From Ignavibacteriota bacterium (lineage in GTDB: Bacteria; Bacteroidota; Ignavibacteria; UBA10030; CAVZMI01), in the NCBI GenBank assembly GCA_963776275.1, contig CAVZMI010000023.1:384001-448000 (forward strand): a stretch of DNA of 64,000 nt. The letters run 5' to 3'. Below, in pieces: positions 54,535 to 64,000 of the stretch; the stretch's first letter is position 1; each line of letters begins with the position of its first letter. The notes below the pieces were generated by a model. It saw nothing but the letters and a program-made list of their open reading frames with translations. It searched no databases and was not told where the DNA came from. The position numbers and the translations under genes were made by a program.

Positions 54535-57480
54535 CTATGTAAAAACCATTTCTGCAAACTTTTCCATTCGACACAGAAAAACTCTACGAACCTCCTTCAT
54601 CCGGCTTTCGATTTCTTTTGTCAATTGTTTAAAATCCGCCATTCCGACGCATTTTGCTAGAAAATCGGCTTTTTGCCCTCTCCCGGGCAGAATTGTCGAG
54701 TTTATTTCAAGCGCCAAGCGCATGTTTTTTTCGATGTTCCTATATTCTATATATGAATTCTTGAGGAACCTTAACTCATTCTGCGGTATATATCCCAGAG
54801 AAGCTGCGTCATTGAGACTCGCAAGCGTACCAGTATCATTAAGTGTTTCTCCCACTCCCAATCGTATGAGACAAAATGTTTGTGCAAGAAATTCAATATC
54901 CATCATTCCCCCTATACCTAACTTGATGTCATAGAATCCTTCTGCATGGACTTTGCTTCGTGTTTCTGTTTTCCTACGCATTTCCACAATCGATCGAATA
55001 TCCTGCGCACGGTATTTTCGAGATGCGAGCACCACTCGTATCATATTTTCTGTTTCATTCATTACCGCGAGATCGCCGGTAACTGCCCGTGCTTTAACAA
55101 GCGATTGAAATTCCCAGAGCGCTGCGCGCTGTTCTAAATAGGCTCGGTACGTTTCTATAGGTGTCACTACAGGAGCGTTCCTTCCCTCGGGTCGCAGCCG
55201 CGCATCGACATCGTACAATCTCCCGGCCTCAGTGACTTCCGTGAGTCGAGAGATTAATGACTGACAAATAACCCGCATTGCTTCGAGACGTTCCATCGTC
55301 TCACCGGAACTTACAAAGACGAGATCGAGGTCTGAATCAAAAGTAATTTCTTTCCCTCCAAATTTTCCCAGGGCGACGACGGCAAGCTTCGGGTTTTTTA
55401 CTCCTGACTCGTCCACTATCCTTTCATAAAGCCTTCCTACGATTTTTTCCGCTGTGAGCGTCAATTCTCTCGTCAGATCCTCGATAGTCGATAAACCGAG
55501 AATATTCCGGATTGCCGAACGCATCTCCTGAAAATATTTATAATCGTGAAGTGAAAATGATTCTATCCCGGTAAGCTCACCACCTGAAAGGATTTCCGAC
55601 ATCCGGGCCATGAGAATATCCAAAAACAGCGAATGGTGAATCAGAAGAGTGATAATCCTAGGACTCACAGAACAGATTTTCATCAGGAGAGATCGGAATG
55701 CTTTTTCTCGTAGCGTTGTGTAGAGTTGTTCCGGGAACCTTAGCCGGGTGACAAGCCGCACGAGATTTGCAAGTCCAAGATCAGGATTGACCGATGTGCG
55801 TAGGTCTTCCATCAAAAGCGGCGCTATGTTGAGAAAGGCTTCCTGAGTCCTGCTGTCAAATTCCTTTCGTCCCATACTCGAAGAACCCCGAAGCAAAATA
55901 CCAAGATTCTTTTTTGCCTCATCAATCTGGGAAAATATTGCCGGAAGTATCAATTCTTGGATTGGTAGATCACGGCCAAGTCGGGATGGAACGCCGGCGT
56001 TTCCTTCCAAAGACTGAGATCCGACAACAGAATCGAAGATTGTCCGCACACCAACGCGCAGTGAGCGTATGTTCCCGGTTAATTGCTTTCCATTATTCAT
56101 AGACAAACGCCGGGCAAGTTTTGTCATTTCCCGTATCGACGACGGCAGAGTGTGTGTTTGAACATCATACATAATCTGAAGACGGTGTTCAACATTCCGG
56201 AAGAGAAAATATGCACTCGTGAGAGTGGCGTATTCTTCTTCCGAAATTAGATTTTTTCCTCTTAGCGCCTCGAGCGCCTTCATTGTGTTGCGCTGACGCA
56301 ATTCCGGATGCTTGCCTGCATTAATAAGCTGCAGTGCCTGTGCCACAAATTCAATATCGCGAATTCCACCAGGACAGAGTTTGATATTAGCATCGTCGCC
56401 ATGCTCTTGTTCAATCCGTGCTTTCATTTGTGCAATTTCCTCTGTCGGATTCTTAAAAAATGTCCGAGGATAGATAAACGGACTAAGCCTTTCAAGTAGG
56501 TGCTCTCCGAATTCACGATCACCGGCAAGGGGTCGTGCTTTTATCAACATCTGACGTTCCCACTGTTCACCGCGCGACTCGTAATAAAGAATGGTGCTTT
56601 CGGCCGATCTGGCAAGCGGCCCAGAATTCCCGTCAGGACGGAGACGGAGGTCTATTCTATAGAGGGTTCCTTCCGAAGTCGAGGTCATCATCCATTGCAC
56701 CACTGTTTCGGTCATACGTATAAAGAACTCATGATGATGTATTGTACGACCATTGAGGGCATCTATTTCCCCTTCCTCACCATACACAACCATGAGATCA
56801 ATGTCGGAGCTGTAATTCAACTCTTCCCCGCCAAGTTTTCCGAGACCGATGATCGTCCACGGCGTTTCCGGCCGAGCCCCATAATGTTTTGTAAGCTCTG
56901 CAATAGCAAGATGGGCCGTACAATCAATAATTGCGTCTGCAAGGATTGAGAGTTCACGTGTAACGCCAACGACATCCGAAGAACCGAGAAGATCACGCAC
57001 ACCGATCCGAAGAATCTCGCGGCGGTAAAAGCGTTTCAGTGCGTTGATTTTACGCTCCGTTTTTTCAAATAACGAAATCGCCTTCCGTGTCTCGGTATGG
57101 TACTGGTCGTATGTTTTTTCACGTGAGAGTGCATCGCTTGTCGTCAGCCAGCGGAAGAGTTCCGGATCGCGGACGAGAATATCAGAAAAGTACTGGGAAG
57201 ACGAAAAGATTTTTATCAGAAGCTCACGAAGAACAGCATATCGTGATAAATCGTGAAGCAGCGACGCCGGAGTAAATGATGCTTCGAGGAATCGCAGAAT
57301 ATTCGTCAGCGCCATGTCGGCATCGGCGCAGTTCGCCAGCAGCGACATAAACGATTGGACGAGATCATCGCGGACAATATCAGGAGTCGAACGGATGATT
57401 ATCTCGTTGAATGCATTGAGGTTTCGTTCGGCCCGGCGCGGATCATTGAACCGCACGCGCGACCGCGCACGCTGTTTCAT
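54535..57480 (-). CDS. glnE: Bifunctional glutamine synthetase adenylyltransferase/adenylyl-removing enzyme
   Basis: Two nucleotidyltransferase domains: LGKLGGEELNYSSDIDL..DLRLRPDG..WERQ..KLCPGGIRDIEF and LGKFGGKEITFDSDLDL..DARLRPEG..WEFQ..KLGIGGMMDIEF. Confidence 0.9.
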   Translation of the reverse strand: MKQRARSRVRFNDPRRAERNLNAFNEIIIRSTPDIVRDDLVQSFMSLLANCADADMALTNILRFLEASFTPASLLHDLSRYAVLRELLIKIFSSSQYFSDILVRDPELFRWLTTSDALSREKTYDQYHTETRKAISLFEKTERKINALKRFYRREILRIGVRDLLGSSDVVGVTRELSILADAIIDCTAHLAIAELTKHYGARPETPWTIIGLGKLGGEELNYSSDIDLMVVYGEEGEIDALNGRTIHHHEFFIRMTETVVQWMMTSTSEGTLYRIDLRLRPDGNSGPLARSAESTILYYESRGEQWERQMLIKARPLAGDREFGEHLLERLSPFIYPRTFFKNPTEEIAQMKARIEQEHGDDANIKLCPGGIRDIEFVAQALQLINAGKHPELRQRNTMKALEALRGKNLISEEEYATLTSAYFLFRNVEHRLQIMYDVQTHTLPSSIREMTKLARRLSMNNGKQLTGNIRSLRVGVRTIFDSVVGSQSLEGNAGVPSRLGRDLPIQELILPAIFSQIDEAKKNLGILLRGSSSMGRKEFDSRTQEAFLNIAPLLMEDLRTSVNPDLGLANLVRLVTRLRFPEQLYTTLREKAFRSLLMKICSVSPRIITLLIHHSLFLDILMARMSEILSGGELTGIESFSLHDYKYFQEMRSAIRNILGLSTIEDLTRELTLTAEKIVGRLYERIVDESGVKNPKLAVVALGKFGGKEITFDSDLDLVFVSSGETMERLEAMRVICQSLISRLTEVTEAGRLYDVDARLRPEGRNAPVVTPIETYRAYLEQRAALWEFQSLVKARAVTGDLAVMNETENMIRVVLASRKYRAQDIRSIVEMRRKTETRSKVHAEGFYDIKLGIGGMMDIEFLAQTFCLIRLGVGETLNDTGTLASLNDAASLGYIPQNELRFLKNSYIEYRNIEKNMRLALEINSTILPGRGQKADFLAKCVGMADFKQLTKEIESRMKEVRRVFLCRMEKFAEMVFT

Positions 57481-58671
57481 CAGTGGCTACGAAGATATTC
57501 AATAGTAAGATAAGCAAAGTATCCGGCGCCGGTTTTCATTGCGTCCTCATCGATGGTGAAGTACGGCGTGTGAAGATCATGAACAAATCCTCTTCGTTTA
57601 TTCGCAACCCCGAGCCGGAATAAAACTCCGGGAACTTTCTGTAAGAAATATCCAAACGTCTCGGCTGTCATCACAGGACTCAACTCCAGAACTTTTTTTT
57701 CCCCTACAAAATCAATCGCACACTTCCGGGCAAACGACGTTATCGCTGAATCATTTATCACAGCACATGCCCCGTCGAGAAATTCGATGCTGGCCCTTCC
57801 GCCTTGCGAATGCACTATCCCTTCTGCCATCCGCTTGATTAGATGCTGTGATTCCTTTCGCCACTGCTCGTTCATCGTCCGGAGTGTCCCGCATATCTGC
57901 ACTTCCTCCGGGATTATATTCTGTGCATCGCCCCCGTGAATTTTTCCGAAGGTCAATACCGACGGATCGTTCGGATGACGGTGACGACTGATGATAGTCT
58001 GAAGTCCGATAATAATCTGCGCTGCAATCATAATCGGATCTATGGCGCGATGCGGCTGTGAAGCATGGGCACTCTTGCCGTGAATTGTAATGGTCACTTC
58101 GTCGGCTGCAGCCATCATGGGGCCTTCAATAAAACCAAGTGCCCCCGACTGTAAGCCCGGATCGACATGAAGGCCAAAGATTACATCGACAGCAGGATTT
58201 TTAAGCACGCCTTTCTTTACCATTGCCTGAGCCCCCGGCGGATTTCTTTCTTCGCTCGGCTCAAAAAAAAATTTTACATTTCCCCTGATATTCTCCCGTA
58301 AAGACGAAAGCAACCATCGCTGCACCCAAAACCATTGTGGTATGTGCATCATGACCGCAAGCATGCATTATTCCATCCACTGTCGAGCGAAAATTGAATT
58401 TATTTTGCTCTTTTATCGGCAGGGCATCCATATCGCCGCGAATAGCAAGGGTTCGACCCTTCGTCGAACCTTTGATTAACCCGACAACTCCCGTTTTCGC
58501 TATTCCCGTCCATACTTCAACCCCGATCTTCCGTAACTCCGAGGCGATTAGCTCTGATGTGCGCACTTCTTGATAGCCGAGTTCAGGGTGGGCGTGAATA
58601 TTGCGCCTTATCTCAACTAACCGGGGAAAAATATTTTCAACTTCTGCCTTGATTTGTCGGTGCAAATCCAT
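57480..58671 (-). CDS. M20 family amidohydrolase; one extra base near 58314
   Basis: RRNIHAHPELG, RGDMDALP, MHACGHDAH, EPSEE, GKSAHASQPH, LHTPYFTIDE. Confidence 0.92.
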
Positions 58672-58733
58672 GGATATCTCTTCATGGTTTTCGTCTTTGT
58701 AATCTAAGAAAAATCGGCCAAAAATCAATGCAA

Positions 58734-58762
58734 TTGCTTTTCGATCGTCAACTTCCTATATT
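58734..58762 (+). promoter_or_regulatory. Putative promoter of the 58865 gene
   Basis: TTGCTT-N17-TATATT. Confidence 0.5.
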
Positions 58763-58864
58763 TTTTTCGTTATGTTTCACTCGATGAAACAAACAGCATT
58801 CGTCGAACGTCGGGAAATCAGCAGCTCGGGTATCTACCATTAACAATCATATAAGGGGGATTTT

Positions 58865-60695
58865 ATGAAATCGCATATTCTTCCTTTCATCGGGTTCTCC
58901 CTCTGTCTCGTCTCATTCTGTCACGGACAGTATTACGGTGAACGGGCGCTTGAGAGATCGTTCGAGCAGAACGAATTTTTCTTCTCCCAGGTGTATTTAA
59001 ATCCGTTTGGAATGCGGGGCCTTCAATCTGTCGCACCGGGAGTATTCAATGACCCTCTGCTGAAACTCCAAATAAATCCGGCATATCTGTATCACGATTC
59101 CTTATCCACGAATTATGTTTACGCCGATTTTCGGAGCGGCCGGGAAGTAGCCCAGGAAGATGTCTACAGTTATCCCAGGCCAATGTATTATGGGGATGCT
59201 GTAAAATCTATGTATTACATTCCATATCCTCAATTCTATGTTTCATCGCGGCGGGAATTGGAACCTGTGTTTTCATGCGCTATCTTGGCACGACCTCTGC
59301 CTTCAACTCTTCCCGATCTCTATATCGGTGGAACGTATCAATTATTGTTCCAGGACGAAAAATATTACGCGATCCCTCAGGACATCTACCGATCAGCGTA
59401 CGGCGTCGACTACGCCGGAAAAGAATTGACCGATTCTCGAAACGTCCCTATCGTGGATAAATATTCCGGTGCCGATAATATGCATCAAAAAGGACATTTC
59501 GGTTCCCTCTACCTTGGTTATGCAGCGACTCCATCACTGGATGTCGGTGCTCGCCTGGCTCGTGCCATTTTTAAACGCGACGGTTCTTCCGGATCAAAAA
59601 ATGTATGGGAGAATACCTCCATAGCAAATTCAAACTCGGAATGGTACAATATGGAGTCGAGAGATCAAAGTTATAATCATTGGGACTTTGGCGGAGGCAT
59701 CAATTATAGATTTGCGAATGCGACTCGCCTCGGCATTAGCGGTAATTATCTATGGGGCGATGCGGTACAGAACCTCACCCGTCTCGACACATCGTATTAT
59801 GACTACAGCGATCAACAATCCTCGAATTATTGGAGTAAAAGCAGAAGATACGCTTCGACCGTCCAACATTGGGATCACAATGGAAAAACTTACAGCCTCG
59901 GCCTCAATCTTGATGCTCCAATCAATGAATCACAGATGTTTCATGCATTTTATCGATATCAAAAACAAAATACCGATATCTTTCTGGGTTCAGCAATCAT
60001 CGACTCGTCATCATATTCCTATCGATACACCTGGGACACGACATATTACGGCAGTGAATCTCAATATCTGCTCAGTGATTCCAGGACAGGAAGCGGGTCC
60101 ATAGAGACAGCCATTCATCGGGTAATGGGGTCGATAGAATGGATGATGGAACAGACAATGAAACTTGATATTGGACTATTATATGAGTCGCAATCATCTG
60201 AAACTACCACTGATGAACCGGTTGCTGCCATTCACTACTCCAGTTCGGATTACCGGTTCAATTCGAACCGCTCCAATTATCTGGACGCCGGCGATGAAAG
60301 AAAAAATATCCAATGGACACTTCACAGCCAAACGTCATTCATTCCAGATCCCGATTTTCTTCACATGGAGTATTACACCTGTTTTCGAACTCCTTGTTGG
60401 ATTAAATAAAGAATACTCCGAATGGGAGACAGAAGAAGTCACATTAGCAATATTTCAATATCGTCTGAAAACAGATCTTTCCGGCACGACCACTGAAACC
60501 GATTTCGGCGAACGGTATACACAACCATCGGAGAGTATTACCGATCAAAAAACGACATTCCTTGCAGGACTCACCGTCTCGCCGTCGAAAGATTTCAGCG
60601 CCCGGTTGTTGATCAGCCCGATAGAAAAAAAGCAGACCTACGGCGACACCAAAACGGAATACCAGTGGTGGATTGGAGTGACATTACATCCATGA
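58865..60695 (+). CDS. Hypothetical exported, probable outer-membrane beta-barrel protein; frameshift near 60317
   Basis: Signal peptide; alternating hydrophobic beta strands (WDFGGGINYRF, YSLGLNL, FLAGLTVSP, YQWWIGVTLHP); two ORFs overlap in adjacent frames. Confidence 0.65.
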
Positions 60696-60720
60696 ATATT
60701 TAAATGACTTTATCGAAAGA

Positions 60721-60814
60721 AAAATTAAAAAGTAAAAAGTAAAAAAAGTTATCCCGAGCGAACATTTCTCTATTCATTTTACTTTTTTAATTTTTATTTT
60801 TTCCTTTTTAATTT
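60721..60814. repeat. Inverted A/T-rich heptamer arrays
   Basis: AAAATTA AAAAGTA AAAAGTA ... TACTTTT TTAATTT TTATTTT TTCCTTT TTAATTT. Confidence 0.6.
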
Positions 60815-60832
60815 GTAAATTTACGATTTGAT

Positions 60833-61558
60833 TTGTCTACCAGCGAATTGAATATTATATTCGAAGATGCCGACCTTCTTGCGATCAATAAACCGGCGGG
60901 ACTGCTGGTTATCCCCGACCGGTACAGGAAGGATATCCCGAACCTCCGGGATCTCCTGATCGCAAAATACGGGAATATTTTTGTTGTGCATCGGCTTGAT
61001 AAAGAAACGAGTGGTATTCTCATCTTTGCCAAGAATGCAGCCACACACAAACACCTGAACGATCAATTCACCGGCCATGCAATCGATAAAGTCTACCTTG
61101 CACTCGTCCGGGGTCGTCTTCAACATACAGCAGGATCGATAAAATTCTCTATCGCCCCGCATCCGAAGAAACCGGCAATGATGGCGGTCGATCAGGGCGG
61201 GAAAATTTCGATCACGGATTATGAGGTCAGAGAGGCATTCCGAGATTACACACTGGTCGAAGCACGTCCACATACCGGACGATTGCATCAGATCCGAGTC
61301 CATTTCGCAGCTTTCGGACATCCGCTCGCGATCGATCGTCTCTATGGATCTCATGAACCTATATTTCTATCGTCCATCAAGTCCGATTACAAGCCATCGG
61401 GAAACCGTGAATTACCACTGATCGATCGACTGACGCTACACGCCGAGAGTATCACATTCTACCATCCTGCCTCACCTGTGGAGCCCCGGACACTCAGTGC
61501 ACTTCTTCCAAAGGATTTCGAGACTGTGATACAGCAGCTGCGGAAATACAACAAATGA
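60833..61558 (+). CDS. RluA-family pseudouridine synthase (no S4 domain)
   Basis: NKPAGL, VHRLDKETSG, TGRLHQIRVH, LTLHA. Confidence 0.95.
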   Translation: MSTSELNIIFEDADLLAINKPAGLLVIPDRYRKDIPNLRDLLIAKYGNIFVVHRLDKETSGILIFAKNAATHKHLNDQFTGHAIDKVYLALVRGRLQHTAGSIKFSIAPHPKKPAMMAVDQGGKISITDYEVREAFRDYTLVEARPHTGRLHQIRVHFAAFGHPLAIDRLYGSHEPIFLSSIKSDYKPSGNRELPLIDRLTLHAESITFYHPASPVEPRTLSALLPKDFETVIQQLRKYNK

Positions 61559-61591
61559 ATACCAAGATAGGCGGTGAGAACCACGTCGTGG

Positions 61592-62137
61592 TTATTTGAT
61601 CTTCTCAAACTTCAACGCCACCGAGTTGATACAAAACCGTAACTCGGTCGGTTTCGGCCCATCTTCAAAAACATGACCGAGATGCGCGCCGCAGCGGCTG
61701 CAAAGGACTTCCGTCCGTATCATAAAGAAGCTTGTATCGGTTTTCAGGATAATATTTTCGCCGGCTACCGGTTGAAAGAAACTCGGCCAGCCTGTGCCGG
61801 ATTCGAACTTTACATCGGAAATGAACAGGTCATTTCCGCAACACACGCATCGATAGATCCCCTTATCGTGATTATTCAGAAAATGGCCCGTAAACGCACA
61901 TTCTGTAGCTTCATGACGAGTGACTTCAAATTGCTCCGGAGTTAGAATTCTTCGCCATTCTTCGTCCGATTTATTGATTTTTTCTAACTCAATATATCCT
62001 TTCTTTTCTATCGAATATACCTTGATCATCTTCCCATCCTTTTTCTTACTGACCTCGATGTTCTGCTGCTGAGAGGTCGCCGGTATTGCTAAACTTCCAG
62101 CTACTATTATCATAAAAATTATTCTTATAACCTTCAT
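61592..62137 (-). CDS. msrB: Peptide-methionine (R)-S-oxide reductase, exported
   Basis: Signal peptide; LTPEQF, CVCC, KFESGTGWPSF, CSRCGAHLGHVF.DGP, RFCINS. Confidence 0.96.
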   Translation of the reverse strand: MKVIRIIFMIIVAGSLAIPATSQQQNIEVSKKKDGKMIKVYSIEKKGYIELEKINKSDEEWRRILTPEQFEVTRHEATECAFTGHFLNNHDKGIYRCVCCGNDLFISDVKFESGTGWPSFFQPVAGENIILKTDTSFFMIRTEVLCSRCGAHLGHVFEDGPKPTELRFCINSVALKFEKIK

Positions 62138-62212
62138 ATAATTATCAATGATTTAAAACTTGTAATTTATCACTTTATCATTAACGACCGTGAAGGCTTT
62201 TAAGTTTCCTTC

Positions 62213-62241
62213 TTGCTTCAATAATAAACTTTCTGTACAAT
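62213..62241 (+). promoter_or_regulatory. Putative promoter of the hydroxyacyl-CoA dehydrogenase genes
   Basis: TTGCTT-N17-TACAAT. Confidence 0.5.
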
Positions 62242-62271
62242 ACTTCACCATAATCATTTCAGAGATGGAGA

Positions 62272-63138
62272 ATGGCAAAATATATAGCTGTCATTGGCGC
62301 TGGTACAATCGGAAAAGATATCGCACGAGCTATAGCCCTCGCACAGATTGATGTGATGCTCTACGATATTAACGACACTATTCTCCGGCGTTCGATCGAG
62401 ACAATCAAGGAGGATCTCCAGCAGCAGGTCAAACAGAAGACGATAACCGGCGACGAATTGAAGGTGTTAGTCGGGCGTATCCGGCCGAAAACAGAGTTGA
62501 AAGCGCTCGGCCACTCCGATATAGTCATCGAGACAACGCATGAGGATATGCGGGTAAAAAAAGATCTCTTCAAAAAGCTCGAAGATATTTGCAGGCTCAA
62601 TACAATCCTCGCAACCAATTCTTCATCTCTCTCGATCACGGCGATTGCCTCGGCATGCAAACTCCGCCATAAAATCGTCGGAATGCATTTTTTCCACCCG
62701 GCCCATATAATGAAACTGGTCGAAGTAGTCCGGGGAAGTGAGACATCGGATGTAACGGTCAAAGCCGTCGTTGAACTTGCCACACGAATGGGGAAAACAC
62801 CGGTTGTTGTCGGTGATACGCCGGGATTGATTGTCGATCGAATTCAGCGGCTTTACTTCGGTGAAGCGCTCCGGCTTCTCAATGAAAACGTTGCAACCGC
62901 AGAAGAAATCGACCGTATCGTCCGGCTGGAAGGTGGATTTCCATTGGGGCCTTTCATGACACTCGATCAGGTCGGCATCGACACCGATTTTGCCCTGACA
63001 CAATCGATATACAACCAGTACTACCATATTCCCCGCTACCGGCCACATCCTCTTCAGAAAAAAATGGTTGAGGCAGGGATGCTCGGCGTAAAAACAGAGA
63101 TCGGTTTTTTCAAACACGAACGCAGATTCAAGGTATAA
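62272..63138 (+). CDS. 3-hydroxyacyl/3-hydroxybutyryl-CoA dehydrogenase
   Basis: VIGAGTIG, ATNSSSLSIT, GMHFFHP, LVEVV, GFPLGPF..LDQVGID. Confidence 0.93.
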   Translation: MAKYIAVIGAGTIGKDIARAIALAQIDVMLYDINDTILRRSIETIKEDLQQQVKQKTITGDELKVLVGRIRPKTELKALGHSDIVIETTHEDMRVKKDLFKKLEDICRLNTILATNSSSLSITAIASACKLRHKIVGMHFFHPAHIMKLVEVVRGSETSDVTVKAVVELATRMGKTPVVVGDTPGLIVDRIQRLYFGEALRLLNENVATAEEIDRIVRLEGGFPLGPFMTLDQVGIDTDFALTQSIYNQYYHIPRYRPHPLQKKMVEAGMLGVKTEIGFFKHERRFKV

Positions 63139-63139
63139 A

Positions 63140-63888
63140 ATGGATGCGAAAATATATATCCTCGGTGAGCCTATTCTTGTGAACGAGTATGCCGCAGTGT
63201 GTGCCGGGCATGGCTATACTGTCGCTTTGCAGTATGCGACAAACGATCCCCATCAACCCGGTATCAAACAGAAGAATATTACCAGGACAAATACACCTCC
63301 GAAAAATACCACGATTGCTATTGAGCTAACGAACTGCAATCATACGCAGAAGAAAAAAAATATTCAGATACTGGACAAGGCCCTTTCACCGTCGGCGATT
63401 GTACTTTACTCAGCGATTACCATCACAGCAACAGAGTGTGCACAATGGATTAGAAAATCGCGAGTGTGTGCCGGCATCAGTGCATTTCCGACCCTGATAA
63501 ATAATAAACTTGTCGAACTCTCGGTACCGGCCCATCATACCGATAAGGGTATAGCCGATGTCCGTACGTTCTTCGCCTCTCTTGAAAAAGAGACAGCACT
63601 TGTCGATGATCGAATCGGTATGGTGATGCCGCGAATCCTTGCACAGGTTATCAATGAAGCCATTATTGCTACAACACAACAGCTCGCATCTCCGATGGCG
63701 ATCGATGCCGCGATGAAACTCGGTTCCGATTACCCGCACAGGTCGCCATAGAATGGCTCGATAACATAACCGCATTGCAGGTGGTCGCGGTCCTCGACGC
63801 ACTGCATCACGATACCGGCGACGAAAGGTATGCCGCTGCTCCGCTGCTTCGCAAAATGGCGGCGGCCGGTGAATTCTGGAAAAAATAA
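63140..63888 (+). CDS. 3-hydroxyacyl-CoA dehydrogenase C-terminal-like protein (PaaH second half-like); frameshift near 63740
   Basis: DRIGMVMPRILAQVINEA, IDAAMKLG.DYP joins IEWLD..LHHDTGDERYAAAPLLRKM. Confidence 0.8.
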
Positions 63889-63957
63889 TAAAAGCTTATA
63901 CACTTTATCACTAAAGTTCACATCAAAAATTCGATTTTTCAATGAAAGGATTTACAT

Positions 63958-64000
63958 ATGTCCCGTGAAGAATATACGGCTCTGGTTTCGAAATACGCCG
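63958..64000 (+). CDS. Start of an unidentified CDS (partial)
   Basis: AAAGGA SD then ATG TCC CGT GAA GAA, open to window end. Confidence 0.45.
   Translation, partial: MSREEYTALVSKYA

Overview
Bacterial genomic window, mostly on the minus strand. Strong Shine-Dalgarno sites, sigma70-type TTGACA-N17-TATATT promoters, a T9SS-type sorting domain and a PorV-like gene suggest an Ignavibacteria/Chlorobi-like FCB-group organism (inference). About 33 kb (21.6-54.4 kb) is the core translation/transcription supercluster: tRNA-Thr/Tyr/Gly/Thr, rpmG, tRNA-Trp, secE-nusG-rplKAJL-rpoBC, and the str, S10, spc and alpha operons. Left arm: prmC-dtd operon, udk, a GT2 glycosyltransferase, class II ribonucleotide reductase nrdJ, a cobalamin-riboswitch-controlled btuB-like receptor, ssb, and a three-gene outer-membrane module (TonB-dependent receptor + 1063-aa T9SS-type secreted protein + PorV-like barrel, no SusD). 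Right arm: glnE, M20 amidohydrolase, an unknown outer-membrane protein, RluA-family synthase, msrB and a two-gene 3-hydroxyacyl-CoA dehydrogenase. Nine genes, including rpoB, rpsD, rplP and rplK, carry 1-2 nt frameshifts that are most likely consensus errors. The most unusual signals are non-coding. (i) Three tandem 147-148 bp repeats after tRNA-Gly, plus fragments flanking tRNA-Thr(TGT), are partial tRNA copies; in the 3'-half copies the T-arm/T-loop is replaced by a CCGC..GCGG hairpin. (ii) A dispersed set of small palindromic insertions sits in r-protein spacers, a terminator and the B12 riboswitch. (iii) Inverted heptamer arrays occur in several spacers. No CRISPR array, rRNA, transposase or integrase was seen. 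All calls come from reading the sequence; no database search was run.
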